Assembly: GCF_020745735.1 (NCBI RefSeq) | Contig: NC_083435.1 | Span: 10,943,201-11,007,200, forward strand | Reading direction: 5' to 3' | Source: Hemiscyllium ocellatum | Taxonomy: Eukaryota | Length of the DNA: 64,000 nucleotides | Shown here: positions 39,763 to 53,124 of the stretch, in pieces | How positions within the stretch are numbered: the stretch's first letter is position 1 | How the letters are laid out: each line of letters starts with the position of its first letter | Made by a program: the position numbers and the translations under genes | Notes under the pieces: generated by a model | What the model was told of the DNA's origin: nothing | Seen by the model: the letters and a program-made list of their open reading frames with translations, nothing else | Database searches by the model: none

Positions 39763-42099
39763 AACAAGTCCACACCGACCTTTCGAAGAGAAACCCGCCC
39801 GGACCCATTCCCCTACCCTATTACCGACATTTACCACGGCCTAATGCACCTAACACTATGGGCAATGTAAGTATGGCCAAATCACCTGACCTGCACATTT
39901 TTGGACTGTGGGAAGAAACCGGAGCACCCGGAGGAAGTCCTGGCAGACACGGGGAGGATGTGCAAATTCCACACAGACAGTCGCCTGAGGTTGGAATCGA
40001 ACCCGGTGTCTGGCGCTATGAGGCAGCAGTGACCTCCCCGTGACGAGACCAGCGTTTTTCAGACAACCAGAACCTTCCATGAGGCATTAACCGACGAATT
40101 ATTTCATTTTCTGTTTGTACTTCTCAGGGTCGTACTTTGTCTATATTGGCTGCTCCATTTCCCGAATTCACTTGTGGGTGTACATTGTTTCTGGGATGGG
40201 GGGGTGAGGTGCTGGTCTCTCTTTGCTGCCTCCCCCTGACAGACCCTCAGAACTACAGGAAGAAAACGTTCGTGATAAGAGCAGGAAAGGTGAAGACAGA
40301 CATTGATGGGAAAAGCTCAGCAGATCTGGCAGGATGTGTGCAGAGAAAGCAGAGTTGACGTTTCGGGTCCGGTGACCTTCATCAGACCCAGAAAAAGTGA
40401 GGAATGCCTTTGGTGGTTAAGATCCCCACCAGGGGAGGGCTCTCTGAGTGAACTCCATGGCTGTACTTTTACTGGAAAGCACCGACAAAATTAAACGTTT
40501 TTGTGCATTCAGGGGGAAACTGTTTTATTTTCATCGAATTCCCGCACTCGCCCACTGTCTGTGAAATCCCAGAAATACCGGTATCCTACCGGAAATAAAT
40601 TCTCGTGAGCTTTACACTTGGGTTGTCATTCTTTCCGGGATCCCCAAGTTTTGTTTTCTCTTAGAATATCGAGTCTGAGACGCAACGAAATCAAAACCAG
40701 CCCAGTGCAGAACATGTCTTTTATTTTTTTAAAAAAAAACTTCAATGGAGACAGTTCCATCCCATTCCGGACAGGTCTCCCACATCCCACCCCTCTGCTG
40801 TCAAACTCACACGTGTCCAGTACATACAGCACCAAGCGCAAACCCCCTCCCCTGGACTCCTGGTGAAAGGAAATCTGGGTTTTAATATTCTCTGCCTTAC
40901 TTTGAAATCCATGACTTCTCTACTCTCTCTATGTTTACCAGATCAGCTCCAGTGCAAACCCCTCTGAGATACTTGCACTCCTGCAACGCTGTCCTCTGGG
41001 AGGACCCTTGATTTGAGTTGCTCACTGATAGCTCTGTCTTCCGGTTGCCTGGGCCCGAATCTCTGGGTTGCCCTCCTTCCCCCTGACCCCTCGGTATCTC
41101 GACTTCGCTTTCACCCTTCTCCCTTCAAACATCCCTCTTTGGCCCGGCTGTTGTTCACACGACCTTCTAGCTCCAAATGGGCCTGGCTGCCGGGCTTTGT
41201 TTTATAACACTCCCGTGTTAAAAGACGTTTGTATAAGTTCACGAATAGGAAAGGTTTGAACAGATATGGGCTACTGGACACTGAAATCAATTCCTAAATA
41301 TTCCAGCGGAGTCAAATTGGTGACATCGACTGTTCAATAATTACAGACTGAGGTGACAATGATCTCAGTAGCTGCTAGCGCCCTGGCAGAAAGTTTAAAG
41401 GCACTTACACAGTGAAGAGCAATGATAGATGTTAGTAATTCCGGTAAAGCCCTGGTAATAATTCAGCTGATAAATCCTGTTCTGAAAGGACTAAGGGAAT
41501 CTAAGGCCTCGTATTAAATACTCACGTTGCCGGCTGTTAATGCCTTTTCACATTTTGTTTCCTGTGGGTTCCTCTGGGTAAGTGACTGAAGTTCCCAGCG
41601 CTGTATTTATTAACAGCGAAGGGGTCTGGATAAACCCAGGAAGGGAGCACGGATCTCAGGATATGAACCCGCGTTTCTCCAGGACACCTGAGCAGGATTT
41701 TGACCAGTGTGTTCGCGGGAGGACACACAGACATTGGAGAACGTGTGTGAACAGGCAGCTAACCGGTTCAGTGGATCCAGGCTCCTCGGTCAAGACGAGT
41801 GGCGGCAGAAAGTGCAAGTCTCTTCTGGATAGTGGAGGCCGCGTTGTGTCCTTTTTGGAGTGTTCTCGGCTCAAGCAGCTCAAGAGGTATTCAGGCAGAG
41901 GTTTCACAGCCTCAGAGAATCTACATTAAAATGGGGAGCGCAGCGAACTGACAGCGGTGTGAGTGAGAATTGAGATCAGCCGAATTATTTCAGTAGTCCC
42001 ATTGACGGAGCAGGCAGGGAGCGAGGGAATCCGCTGTTCTTCCGGAATTTTGACCAAAGGCCCCAGTATCTCACTGCAATAATGCATGCTACAGTTTCC

Positions 42100-42850
42100 T
42101 CTCTCCCTTCCTCCGGATTTCTCTCCTCCTCTGTCTCCCCTTTCCTCCCTAAAGGACGTTGCCTTTTCCATTCCCCGCTCTCCCTCTCTCTGCCCATCCC
42201 TAAAGGTGCCCACGCCCCGTCCCTCCCTGCCCCTACTCTGTCTCCCCCTCTCGTGCTGTGTCTCCCTTATTTACATCCCTGTCCCTCTCTGCTCTTCCCC
42301 TTTCCATTTCCCCACTGGCCCTCTCTCCACCCTTACTCCACCGCCTCCTGCTGTCTCTCCCCACTCGCGCTGTCGAACATTTGACATTTTCTACACACTA
42401 TCCCACACTCTTGTCTCCTCACACCCCAGGCCAGTTTCTACCCATTCACTCCTCTCCTCCTCACCCTTCTCCCCATCCCCCAGTGCCTTTCTCCATGGCT
42501 TCCCATTCTTCTCCCCATCACTGGTTGCCCTTCACCCCATACCGCTCCCCCTCCCCCTCAATTCCATAAGACCATAAGACATAGGAGTGGAAGTAAGGCC
42601 ATTCGGCCCATCGAGTCCACTCCGCCATTCAATCATGGCTGATGGGCATTTCAACTCCACTTACCCGCATTCTCCCCGTAGCCCTTAATTCCTCGTGACA
42701 TCAAGAATCTATCAATCTCTGAAACTTTTCCCCTCCCATCTCTCGCTGTCCTGTTCCTATCCCAGCTGCTTTTCCCCCTCCCTTTCCCCGTCCTCCTTCG
42801 CTTGACATTCTCCTGCCCCACTACTCACTGCCCCACTACTCACTGCCCTC
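42100..42850. repeat. Pyrimidine-rich low-complexity tract containing a young CR1 3' end (about 42563-42720, -)
   Basis: C/T-rich sequence; CATAAGACCATAAGACATAGG tail matches 23421 onward. Confidence 0.75.
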
Positions 42851-43878
42851 TTCCTTTGATGTGTACATTAAAGATCTAGACATGAATGTACAGCCAGAAA
42901 ATTCGCAAAAATCACATTAAAAAATCGGTGCTGTGTTAAATAGCGAAGATGAAAGCCCAAGACTACAGGATGATTTGGACTGGCTGGTTAGATGACTAAA
43001 CAGTGGTAATTAGAATCAAGATTAGAGTGATGTTGGAAAAGCACAGCAGCTCAGGCAGCATCCGAGAGCAGGAAAACCGACAGTTCGGGCAAAAACCCTT
43101 CACCAGGAACGTGGAATCCAAACCTAAATGATGAATTTTGGGAACACGAACAAAAGCCAACACGTTGATTGATCAGATTGGAGGAAGCAGAGGGACCTTG
43201 GTGCGCATGTCCATAGATCCTGAAAGGCAGCAAGACAGGGAGATAAGGTGGACAACAAGGGATATGGTATACTTGCCTTCATTTGTCAAGGCATTGATTA
43301 GAAGAGCAAAGAGATGGAGCTGTATATAATGTTTTTTAAACCACAGCGAGAGTAGTGTTTCAGCGCTGGTGCCACATTGTAGGAAGGAGGAGAAATGGAG
43401 ATATACAGCTGTGAGGACAGACTAAACAGACTGGGGTTGTTCACAGCAGTGAAGGCTGACGAGGGACCTGATTGAGGTGCACACAGTAAAGAGGGGCATG
43501 AATAGGTTAGCTACAGAGAGACCCCCTACTCGAGGCGTCCCTAACTCGGGGGGTTGGGGGGGCACGGATTTAAGGTAAGGAGCAGAAAATTTAGGGGGAT
43601 TTGAAGGGAAAAAAGATGTCAGTGCGAGGATCTGGAACTCACTGCTCAAAAGAATGGTACGGGAAACACCATCAAGGCACTGAATAAGTATTTAGATAAT
43701 TACTTTCTCAGGCTGCTCACCTTTCTCCCTCCAGCAGCCCAGTGCCCACACACCCCGCTCCTCCTTTCTGTCTTTCACGTTTCTATGCCTCCTTCCCTCG
43801 TGTTAAATTTGCCGAATACAGTTCGAACCGTGTGGGCACCTTAACAAGGAAAGTCACAGCAAGAAGCTGGATCTCTAA

Positions 43879-44109
<231 letters not shown>

Positions 44110-44690
44110 TGAAGAGTGGGAGTGGTCCGAGAGTCTTTCAGGAGGGGATAAGTTTCTGGAATGTGGAGCTGATTCCTGGAGATAGTTATGTTGCCCCCAC
44201 ATGGAATCCCCTCTCCCCGAGTGTGAATCCCCGGAAGATCGGGGTTTTCCTGGACTACGAGGGTGGACAGGTGTCATTTTACAATGTGGACACCATGTCC
44301 CATCTCCACACTTTCACCCACACTTTCATTGAGAGGCTCTTTCCCATCTTCAGTCCGGGAGGGAATGACGGCGGGAAAAACTCCGCCCCGCTGACAATCT
44401 GCGGGATTAAAGGGCACTGACAGATCCATCCCATAATTTCACCCCGTCCCCCTGCCTCCTGCCAGCTGTAAACTGATGGGGGTCGGTCTCAGTCTGGGGG
44501 AGAGAAGGAGGGGGAGAGAAGAAACAAATAGAAGCTCAATTGTAGAGAGGGACTGACTGGGTAGAATGAGCTGTGAGCTGCAGGAACCCGGGGACCTTCC
44601 TGCCTGTAATGTTGCTCCACAGGCGGGAGGTGGCGCTACATGACATATCTGGGCAGGGCCGCGGCCGTCCTGTTCTCAGTAAATTGAACA

Positions 44691-44696
44691 AATAAA
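44691..44696 (+). other. Candidate polyadenylation signal of T2
   Basis: AATAAA about 270 nt after the T2 terminal stop. Confidence 0.45.
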
Positions 44697-47600
44697 GCTA
44701 TTTTTAAACTAAAAATGGATTTGAGGTATAACTTCATCGCAGGGACCTCACAGCCAAAAACTCGAGGCACTTAACACCGTTATCCTGAGGTCTGTAAACA
44801 ATTTATCCTTTTAAAGTATGATGTGGAGATGTTGGTGTTGGACTCGACCTTTTGCTCTAAATTCTGTGTCCCATGATCCTGCACCCTGGCGAGGGAGCAG
44901 ATCTGCCAAATCTTGCACTTCCAAATAAACCTGTCAGACTTTCACCTGGTGTCGTGTGATTTTTTTTTTAAAAAACCTTTTTTAAAGTTAAAGGATTTCT
45001 GAATCTATTGTGCTGAAAGCAACAAATACTGGACATTACAGCGGGTCAGGCAGTATCCATGGAGAGAGAACAAGCTAAAAAAACCACCTCTTTTTCGGGC
45101 AGTGGGGTCCTGGTCCTCAGCCGCCGGGTGCAAACCCTGTCCATTATTCTCCTTCCATTACTTTACATCTCTGGCCCCTAGTATTTGCCCTCTTTATCTG
45201 GGCCTCACAATTTTATACACCGCATATCATCCATCTCTTCAGCCTACTCTACTTCAAACAAGCCTCTCCCATAATTAAAATTCTCCAGTTCCATAACACT
45301 GTTTTAAATCTCCTCTGCACCCTTCTGATGTGATCACACATTTGCTGTAATTAGTCCAGATTTCCTAGAGAGCACTCTGAAATCTCACTAGCAGTTAATT
45401 AGTAATAATTTACATTCCTTTACTGGCTGCAACCAAGACAATATCCACTGCGCCTTCTTATCACAACTGGCAGGATGGCTGGCTTGCCTTACAGACTGAT
45501 GTGACATTTTAGTTGAAGTAACTATGAAGGACTTCCCTTCTCAACCTTTCCCCTTTCCTAAAGCATGGTGGCCGTTAGATTAACTCACCACTAGGTGTCC
45601 CTCTCTCATGAGAGAGCAGTACTATTTACCAGCCCTGCTATCGGCAGAGACCTGTGCACATGTTTCCACTGTAATGTTGATTTGTTGTGTGTTCCCACCT
45701 TCCCCAAATACATGTCCTCACACTTTGCGAGACTGAATCTTTGTCACTTTCTGTATTTTTGTCTTGGTCATCAGGCCAACATTTGGGAATAGATTCAAGA
45801 AGCAATTTCTAATGACAAAGGCTAATGGAAATTTGGAACTCACTATCCACGATCCTCTGTGGGGAGCCAGTCACTTGAAAGCCTCAAGATTGATATAGAC
45901 AGGTATACCCTACACATATTTTATTATTAAGTCTCTGACTCAGCACAACTGAATCAAACTTTGCAGTTACTACTCAGTCAATATCTCTCCTAAAAAAAGG
46001 TGATTAGCACTGAAGATGGCACATAATATTTCTATTAAATTATTATAGATAGATTTGGAAAGTTATCTTCCTGAGGGCAGTCAGGGATGTGAAATAAATG
46101 CTGGCCTTACCAGTGATACTCAGGTTGCTTGATTGATTAAATATTTGAGAACACAAGACCTTTAAAAATTCCGTTTGCACATTCATTCAGATGTGGTTGC
46201 TCTTTTTAATCTCGACTTTGAAATATTGAGTCATCAATACTCATAATATTGTAGTTACTTGTAATTAGTCTGTTCAGACATGGTGTGACATAACTCTAGA
46301 GCTGGATGGTTTTGAACCCAGACATTCAGGCTCTAATATAGGGGCACCATGTCAGATGGTGAAGTCTGAAAATTAGGAATGATGACCACGAAATCATTAT
46401 CAATTGTCACAAAACTTCACCTGATGAAGGAGCAGCGCTCCAAATGCTTGTGATTTCAAATAAACCAGTTAGACTATAAACTGCTGTAATAGGACTTCTG
46501 ACCTTATCCATCCCAGGCACCTCCAAACCTTACCTGGACTGCCCTATATTTGACTCTGTTTCCCCAGCAGTACAGTTGATTTTTAATTGTCCTCTAGGCA
46601 AACAGGGATGGACAATGAATGCTGGTATAGCCAGTGATGCCCACTTCCCATGAATGAATAAGAGACAATTTTAACCTAAGCTTCCTTCCCAGGTACTCAA
46701 CACTTGCCCTCCCACTTGATGTGATCCCATTTGCAAATAGTTGTGATTCATTCAGCTTTGTCATTCAAGTCATGAATAAATATTATGAATAGTGTATTGT
46801 AAATAAAAATATTACAAAATTCAATGCATTACATAGAATTAAAAGATGACTACTCTTTCTGTGAGTGCAGAGTGTATGGAAGAACAGGATTTAAATAGAA
46901 CAGCCCCATTGTCCCTGAATGGAATGGATGGTATTCAGTTTGTATTCAGTTACAATGCGTCCTCATTCAGCTGAGTAACATTATAATTCTTTTTCTCTCT
47001 CTTATTTCACAGTACTTAACGTCTAGGTCAGCCGTTCTCAACAGGAGCTATTGGCCTCCTTAGGCTCACATTTGAGGGGGGCCACAGACTGAAAACTGTG
47101 AGAAGGGGAGCCCCAAGGGTTTAGAGAGGCCTTGGTAACTGAACCGATGAAATGTCCGAGCAACAACCTTCATTGGAGTCCATAGTTTCCCTCCTATTTG
47201 TAGTACCTTTCCAACACAACATTTGAATTTGCTGCACTTGGTAAATTAACTGCTTAAGCTCCTGTCACACACCTCACTCCAGAGTCAGTCGTGAATCAGA
47301 CAGCACCAGGTCATTGTATTCAATCAAGGGTTCTCGCATCCATTACCATCGGACTTCATTATCTGAAGGTCAGCCTGTCTTGCTTGGCCTTTTTTATCCT
47401 GGTTTTATTTGTTCATTATTTTTCTTGGAGAAGAGCCTCATGATTTTTTTTTTCCATAAATAATTCTATCCCATAAGTTTCTTGGCAAAAAGAAAGTATT
47501 GGCAGTATTTAGTTGTCGTACGGTTTCATCGCATCTCTGCAAAACCCACTTTTACCCATGTCTTGGAATAGCATGACAATGTTGTCAAATGAGAGCAGCG

Positions 47601-48087
47601 CACACAGGGCACAGCACACAGGACACAGCACACAGGACACAGAGAACAGATTACAAAGGTTACAACCAAAAACGTGACTTCTTCCAACCTCCTTCCTAAC
47701 TAATTTAGATTGCAGTGTGTGAGATTTCTTGTCTTTCAATGAGAATTCCTTGGCTTGCAATTGGCGTGGTGTTTCTTTCTGGGTCATGTTTCCTCAATGC
47801 AACTTAGAAAATCGTCAGATGATGAGCTCTTTGTGGATGGCTTCACTTCAAAAATTGGGAGTCTAATGTCCAAACATCAAAGAATTTGACCAGGCCTTTG
47901 TCCTTAGAACCTGGCCATATTAGATTCCTGGTCAATATGCAGCCTGACCTTGGTCATTGCTTTCCCATCAACTTGAAAGGCACTTTAAAATTTTATACAC
48001 TTCCAGAGCACTTGTTAGCAAGTGACTCACTGGTAAAATTAATGTGTCAGTCTTAACCATGTTAGTGTTTAATGAGACATCAGTTCA

Positions 48088-48605
48088 CTAGTTCTTGACT
48101 GGACAGACAGTTAAGGGCGACTTATCCCAGCCAGGCCAAAAGAATGGGTAGACCTTTTCTGAAAAGTTGACTTGAAATGTGTAAAGGTGGAACATGTCAT
48201 CGGCATTGTAAAAAGACACCCTTCCTGCCTCCATCTCCAGGAACACCCCGATCGTTCCAGGACTGGTCGTTACTGTGACTTTGGAGCGTTGCGCATCACT
48301 TATTCCATATGGCTCACCATCCTTCCCAATTGTCCAGAACCCAGCATCGGCGCACAGGTCAGGCATGCCCTTGCGCTGCACTGAGCCTTTGGTGACGCCT
48401 ACATCCCAGTAGGACTTGTCAGCCACCTTCACCTCCCAGTAGTGGGACCCCTCCGCGAAACCATCCATGCCCAGCACATAAGGGACAGAGTCAAACCGCT
48501 CCGGATTGTCTGGGACATCCTGTGCATCTCCGGCTTGCACACTCAGCCTGTCTGGAGACACCGTCAGACACGCGTTGGCTGTTTCAGGGTCCATCTTTAC
48601 ATGGG
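48088..48605 (-). CDS. Terminal PRY-SPRY (B30.2) exon of butyrophilin-like gene B2
   Basis: ttttctttcctag|CC CAT GTA AAG ATG GAC CCT; AHVKMDPETANACL..PERFD..GSHYWEVKV..WDVGV..IGVFLEMEAGRVSFYN..YPFFWPG..CPVKN*; 518 nt, phase 1, open. Confidence 0.93.
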
Positions 48606-49422
48606 CTAGGAAAGAAAACAAGATGAGAAATGGAAGCAAGAACAGACTGCACAGCCCCTTAAACTTGCTCCATTGATCAATACGATCATAGCATCCCCAT
48701 AGTGTGGAAAGAGGCCATTTGACCCATCATGTATCCACTGATCCTCTCAAAAGCATCCCACCCATAAACAGACTTTGATCCCATCTGCATAATTCTGCAT
48801 ACAGCATGACCAATCCACCCAGCCTGCACATCTCTGGACTGTGGCAGGAAACTGGAGCACCCAATAGGAAACCCAAACAACTGTGGGAAGAACACACAAA
48901 TGCCATACATCACCGACCTGTCTCCCAAGTTACTTCACTATCCACCAAACCGCAATCCCCTTGTCTCTGAAATAGCCTAGAGATCAGTCATTCAGCTCAA
49001 GAGAAATTAGGCATGGGCACCAAATGCCAGCCTCAACAGCAATGCCCACCTCCCATGTAAGCATAAAGAGAAAACACAATATCCTGACAAAAGCTCCATC
49101 AATTGCACCCTTGAATGTATTCAATGATTGTAGCCTAAAGATCAGGAGATGCCCAGAGTTCTGAACATCAATAAATCTCAGAGCAAAAACATTTCTCCTC
49201 ATCTCAATCCAAAATGTCTGACCCCTCACTACTTTTTCAAGTCAGGCAGCTGTTAGCACTGCGGACTCACAGCACCAAGACCCAGGCTCGATTTCAGCTT
49301 GGATGACTGTCTGTGTGGAGTTTGCATGTTCTCTCTGTATCCATGTGGATTTCCACTGAGTGCGCCAGTTTCCTCTCAGTCCAAAGTTGTGCAGGTTAGA
49401 TGGATTAGCTAAAACTTGCTCT

Positions 49423-50570
49423 CAAGTTTTGAGAAGATTTGTAGCTCAGGTTGAGGTTCTGGAGATAGGTTTACTCACTGAGCTGGAAGGTTCATTTTCA
49501 GACATTTTGTCACCATACTATGTAACACCATCAGTGAGCCTCCAGATGAAGCACTGGTGGTGTAGCCCGCTTTCTACTTATGTGTTTGGGTTTCCTTGGT
49601 TTGGTGATGTCACTTCCTATGATGTCGTCATTTTCTGTTCTTTTTCTCAGGGGGTGCTAAATGAGATTCAAGTCAACGTGTTTGTTGATAAAGTTCCAGT
49701 TAGAATGCCAGGCTTCTAGGAGTTCTCGTGCGTGTCTCTGTCTGGCTTGTCATGGATGGATCTGTTATCCCAGTCGAAGTGGTGTCTTTCCTCATCTGTA
49801 TGTAAGGATACTAGTGAGATGGGTCATGTCTTTTTGTGGTATCCTGTTCAGGTATCCTGTATTCAATGAACACAGGCTGCTGATTTTTCAGCTACAAACC
49901 CAAAGAAGCAGTCAAAACGTGTCCAGAAACCTGAGCCACTCTCTCCTACATCAAAGACATCTTGGCAATGATTGGCAGACTAATTCAGACCCCTCGGCTT
50001 CATGGTAGCCCACAAACCCACCAGCACACTAAAACAGCAACTAATGAACTTAAAAGACCCTATACAGACAACAAGCAAAACAAATATCATTGAAAAAATA
50101 CCTTGCAAGAACTGTAACAAATACTACATTGGACAAAAAGGCAGAAAACTAGCCACCAGGATACATGATCATTAACTAGCCACAAAAAGATGTGACCCAC
50201 TCTCACTTAGTATCCTTACATACAGATGAGGAAGGACACCACTTCAATTGGCATAACACATCCATCCTAGAACAAGCCAGACAGAGACATGCACAAGAAT
50301 TCCTAGAAGCATGGCATTCCAACCAGATCTCTATCAACAAACACATTGACATGGATCCCATTTACCAAGCCCCTGATAAAAAGAAAAGGAAATTACATCA
50401 CCACAGGTAATGAAATAACCAAACCTAGGAAACCTAAACACAAAGAGAAAGTGGGCTTCACCACCAGTGCTTCATCCAGAGGCTCACTGATTATGTTACC
50501 TATGATGGTGATGAAACATCTGAAAATGAACCTTCTAGCTCAGCGAGCAAATCGACATCCAAAAACCTGC
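49423..50570. mobile_element. Penelope-like element with an inverted terminal portion (49423-49840 minus, about 49880-50570 plus)
   Basis: Plus part encodes decayed KIPCKNCNKYYIGQ and FNWHNTSILEQARQRHAQEFLEAWHS; the minus part is the reverse complement of the same 3' end. Confidence 0.85.
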
Positions 50571-50589
50571 TCTATTATGTCTAGGGATA

Positions 50590-51300
50590 TGCAGGATAGG
50601 TGGAGTTTAAAAAAACGTATTTGTAAGATGTGAGCATTGCTGGCTGGGAAACATTTATTACCCATCCCAAGTTGCCTCTAAGAATGTGAAAGTGGAAAGC
50701 CTTCTTGAACTTCTGCTGTAGGTAGATCCACAATGGAGGACATTCTGGGATTTTGACCAAGCGACATGGCAATACAGGGCGACCCCATATCCATGGGTCT
50801 GGTTACCATGGTTTCATGCAGTTCAAACATATAAAAGGGAACCTTCCACAACGAGGGACAAGGAGTCTGCCAGGAAGGTACATTTCTCTTTTAAATGAAT
50901 GGCTCCATTTCTACCAGTGGTTTCAGCCTTCTGCAATAAATCCTGGAATGGATCCCTACCGGCTACGAGGGGACTACTGTATATTTCCAAGTCAGAATAG
51001 AGAGTGGCTCAGAGGGAAGCTTGATTGTTGTGTTGCGCCCATGGATCTGCTATCTTGTCCTTCTAGATAGTTGTAGGCTTAGAAGGTGCTGTCTTAGGAT
51101 TTTTTGGTGAATTTCTGCAGTGCACCTTGTAGATAGTACACACTGCTGGTACGGAGGTAGAGAAAGTAGATGATTGTGGGTGTAGTGCCAGTGCAGCAGG
51201 GCTGCTGTGTCCTGGATAGTGTCAAGTTTCTTGAGTATTGTTGGAGTTACGCCCATCCAGGGCAAGGGCAGAGTATTCCACCCTACTCCTGACTTGTAGC
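50590..51300 (-). mobile_element. CR1/L2-superfamily LINE 3' fragment
   Basis: WMGVTPTILKKLDTIQD peptide; same family as 14155-14900. Confidence 0.65.
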
Positions 51301-52833
51301 TTTATGGGCAGGCTTTAGGTATGGCATTAGCCATGGTAAATGTGGGGTTACCGGGATTGGGCAATGGGCCAGATCCAGATGGGATGCTCTTTGAAGGGTC
51401 ACTGCAGGCTCGGAGCAGAATTGGCTTTTTCCGTAGTGTAGGCATTAGACTCGCTAGCCAGGGAACCAGCCCCACAGTGTTTACTCTGCTAAGCCTTCTC
51501 AGAAATATATATATTTCAAAGAGGTTCCTTCTCATTCTTCAGATCTTTAGAGGTTACCAGCTCAAACTTCAATCAAGTTTTCAGGCGAGGAGCTTTTAAA
51601 ATTGACAAGACGTGTCAGTCAGAAAGCTGACCATTGAGAGGAAACTCTGACTCCCTCAGTAACATCCTTGCTTCTGACTCACAGTGCAGTGGGCTGGAGA
51701 TGCATTGAAAGATTTGACCAGTCATTTCCAGGCTGACCTCACCCTGTGTAGTACTGCTGGAATGCTGCACTGTTAAAGAGAGACATTAAAATCAAGGCCC
51801 CCTTGCTACCACACCCCCTGCTCACTCACTCACTCTCAACAAAACTTCCAAACACTAATGTATTTGCCTCATTCACTGTGTTGAAATGAGTCAACATAAC
51901 TGCCAACATTTAGGTCTTTGGTCATGAGAATTTTCCCAAGGGTGTGAAGAATGTTCTGCAAATATATCCCATTCTATCACTGACTGATTTTGCATAACAC
52001 GAATTGGTCAAAAGATTGCTAGGCCTGTTGCAAACAGTTCAAAATAAATTTTCTACATCCATTGTGAAGGACATTTTCACCATCAAAAAGAACATATAAA
52101 AACCACGTATTGAAAGCATTTCTATTGACAGCTCTTTCACCATTGCCAGCTTTATTTACCACCCTCTATTTGCAAGCCTCAGAAAAATGTATCCATCAAA
52201 GGATGTGATTCTGTTATTGGAAATAATTTGGTAAATAATTCAGACAAGTTACACCAGAAACCAATTTAAAGATCATCAGCTGGGCACATCCAACCAGACG
52301 CATTTAAACATGCTGGAAGTTACACATATAAATACACGAGATCCTATTGCACGTCAGTAACAAGAACTTGTACATATGTTTCACCTTTGGTCATAAATCC
52401 AGGTTCACAGAGGCAACCAATCCTCTGCTGTATTTCCAGGCAACTCCCTGACCAATCAGAATCCACCAGCCTCACCTCTACACTAAAGATGACCCAACCA
52501 ATTTGCATCTTCCTGTATAAACGCCTGTCGTGATTCTGTTGCTGCACCCAAAGTCCAGAAAAGGGGAGATCAGCTCCTTCCGGGTTAGTTTGAAAAAGAA
52601 AATTGAGGAATAAAAATGTGATGTCAGAAAAAAGTGCCAATAGAGCTGTCAAACTGTCTTAAACTCCTGAGGAGGTCTTATGGTACAATGGGTCACTTCA
52701 CAACTTGTATCTGTGGAATTTGTGGAACACAGCCTAGGGAATTGATAAGTAATCTTGTAAATCCTTCTGATGGTCCACAAGATGATGGTTAGGGCAGTCT
52801 CGGGTGAGGTCTTACCTACATTGACAATCTTAC

Positions 52834-52860
52834 CTGCATAGCTCCGTATCCTGTTCCACT
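52834..52860 (-). CDS. B2 micro-exon k (27 nt) EWNRIRSYA
   Basis: acttttgcag|AGTGGAACAGGATACGGAGCTATGCAG|gtaaga; matches the W-x-x-x-x-x-x-A pre-B30.2 exon typical of butyrophilins. Confidence 0.88.
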
Positions 52861-53124
52861 CTGCAAAAGTAACACAGAAATAGTAACTGAAGATAACTAA
52901 TAAACTGTAGTACTCTCAAACACGACAGCAGTCAAAGTACATTGTGGCTTTCAGTACACCAAGGATCTGACATTGGCCCACAGTGGGTAGCGAAAGGCAA
53001 AGACACACACACACACACCAGATTAAATGAAATAAAAGTAGCAATTAACATAATTTTGATCATCACACTCCCTTGTTCCATTTATTTCAATGTTACTCTG
53101 GGCTAACATAAAAAAATATACAAA

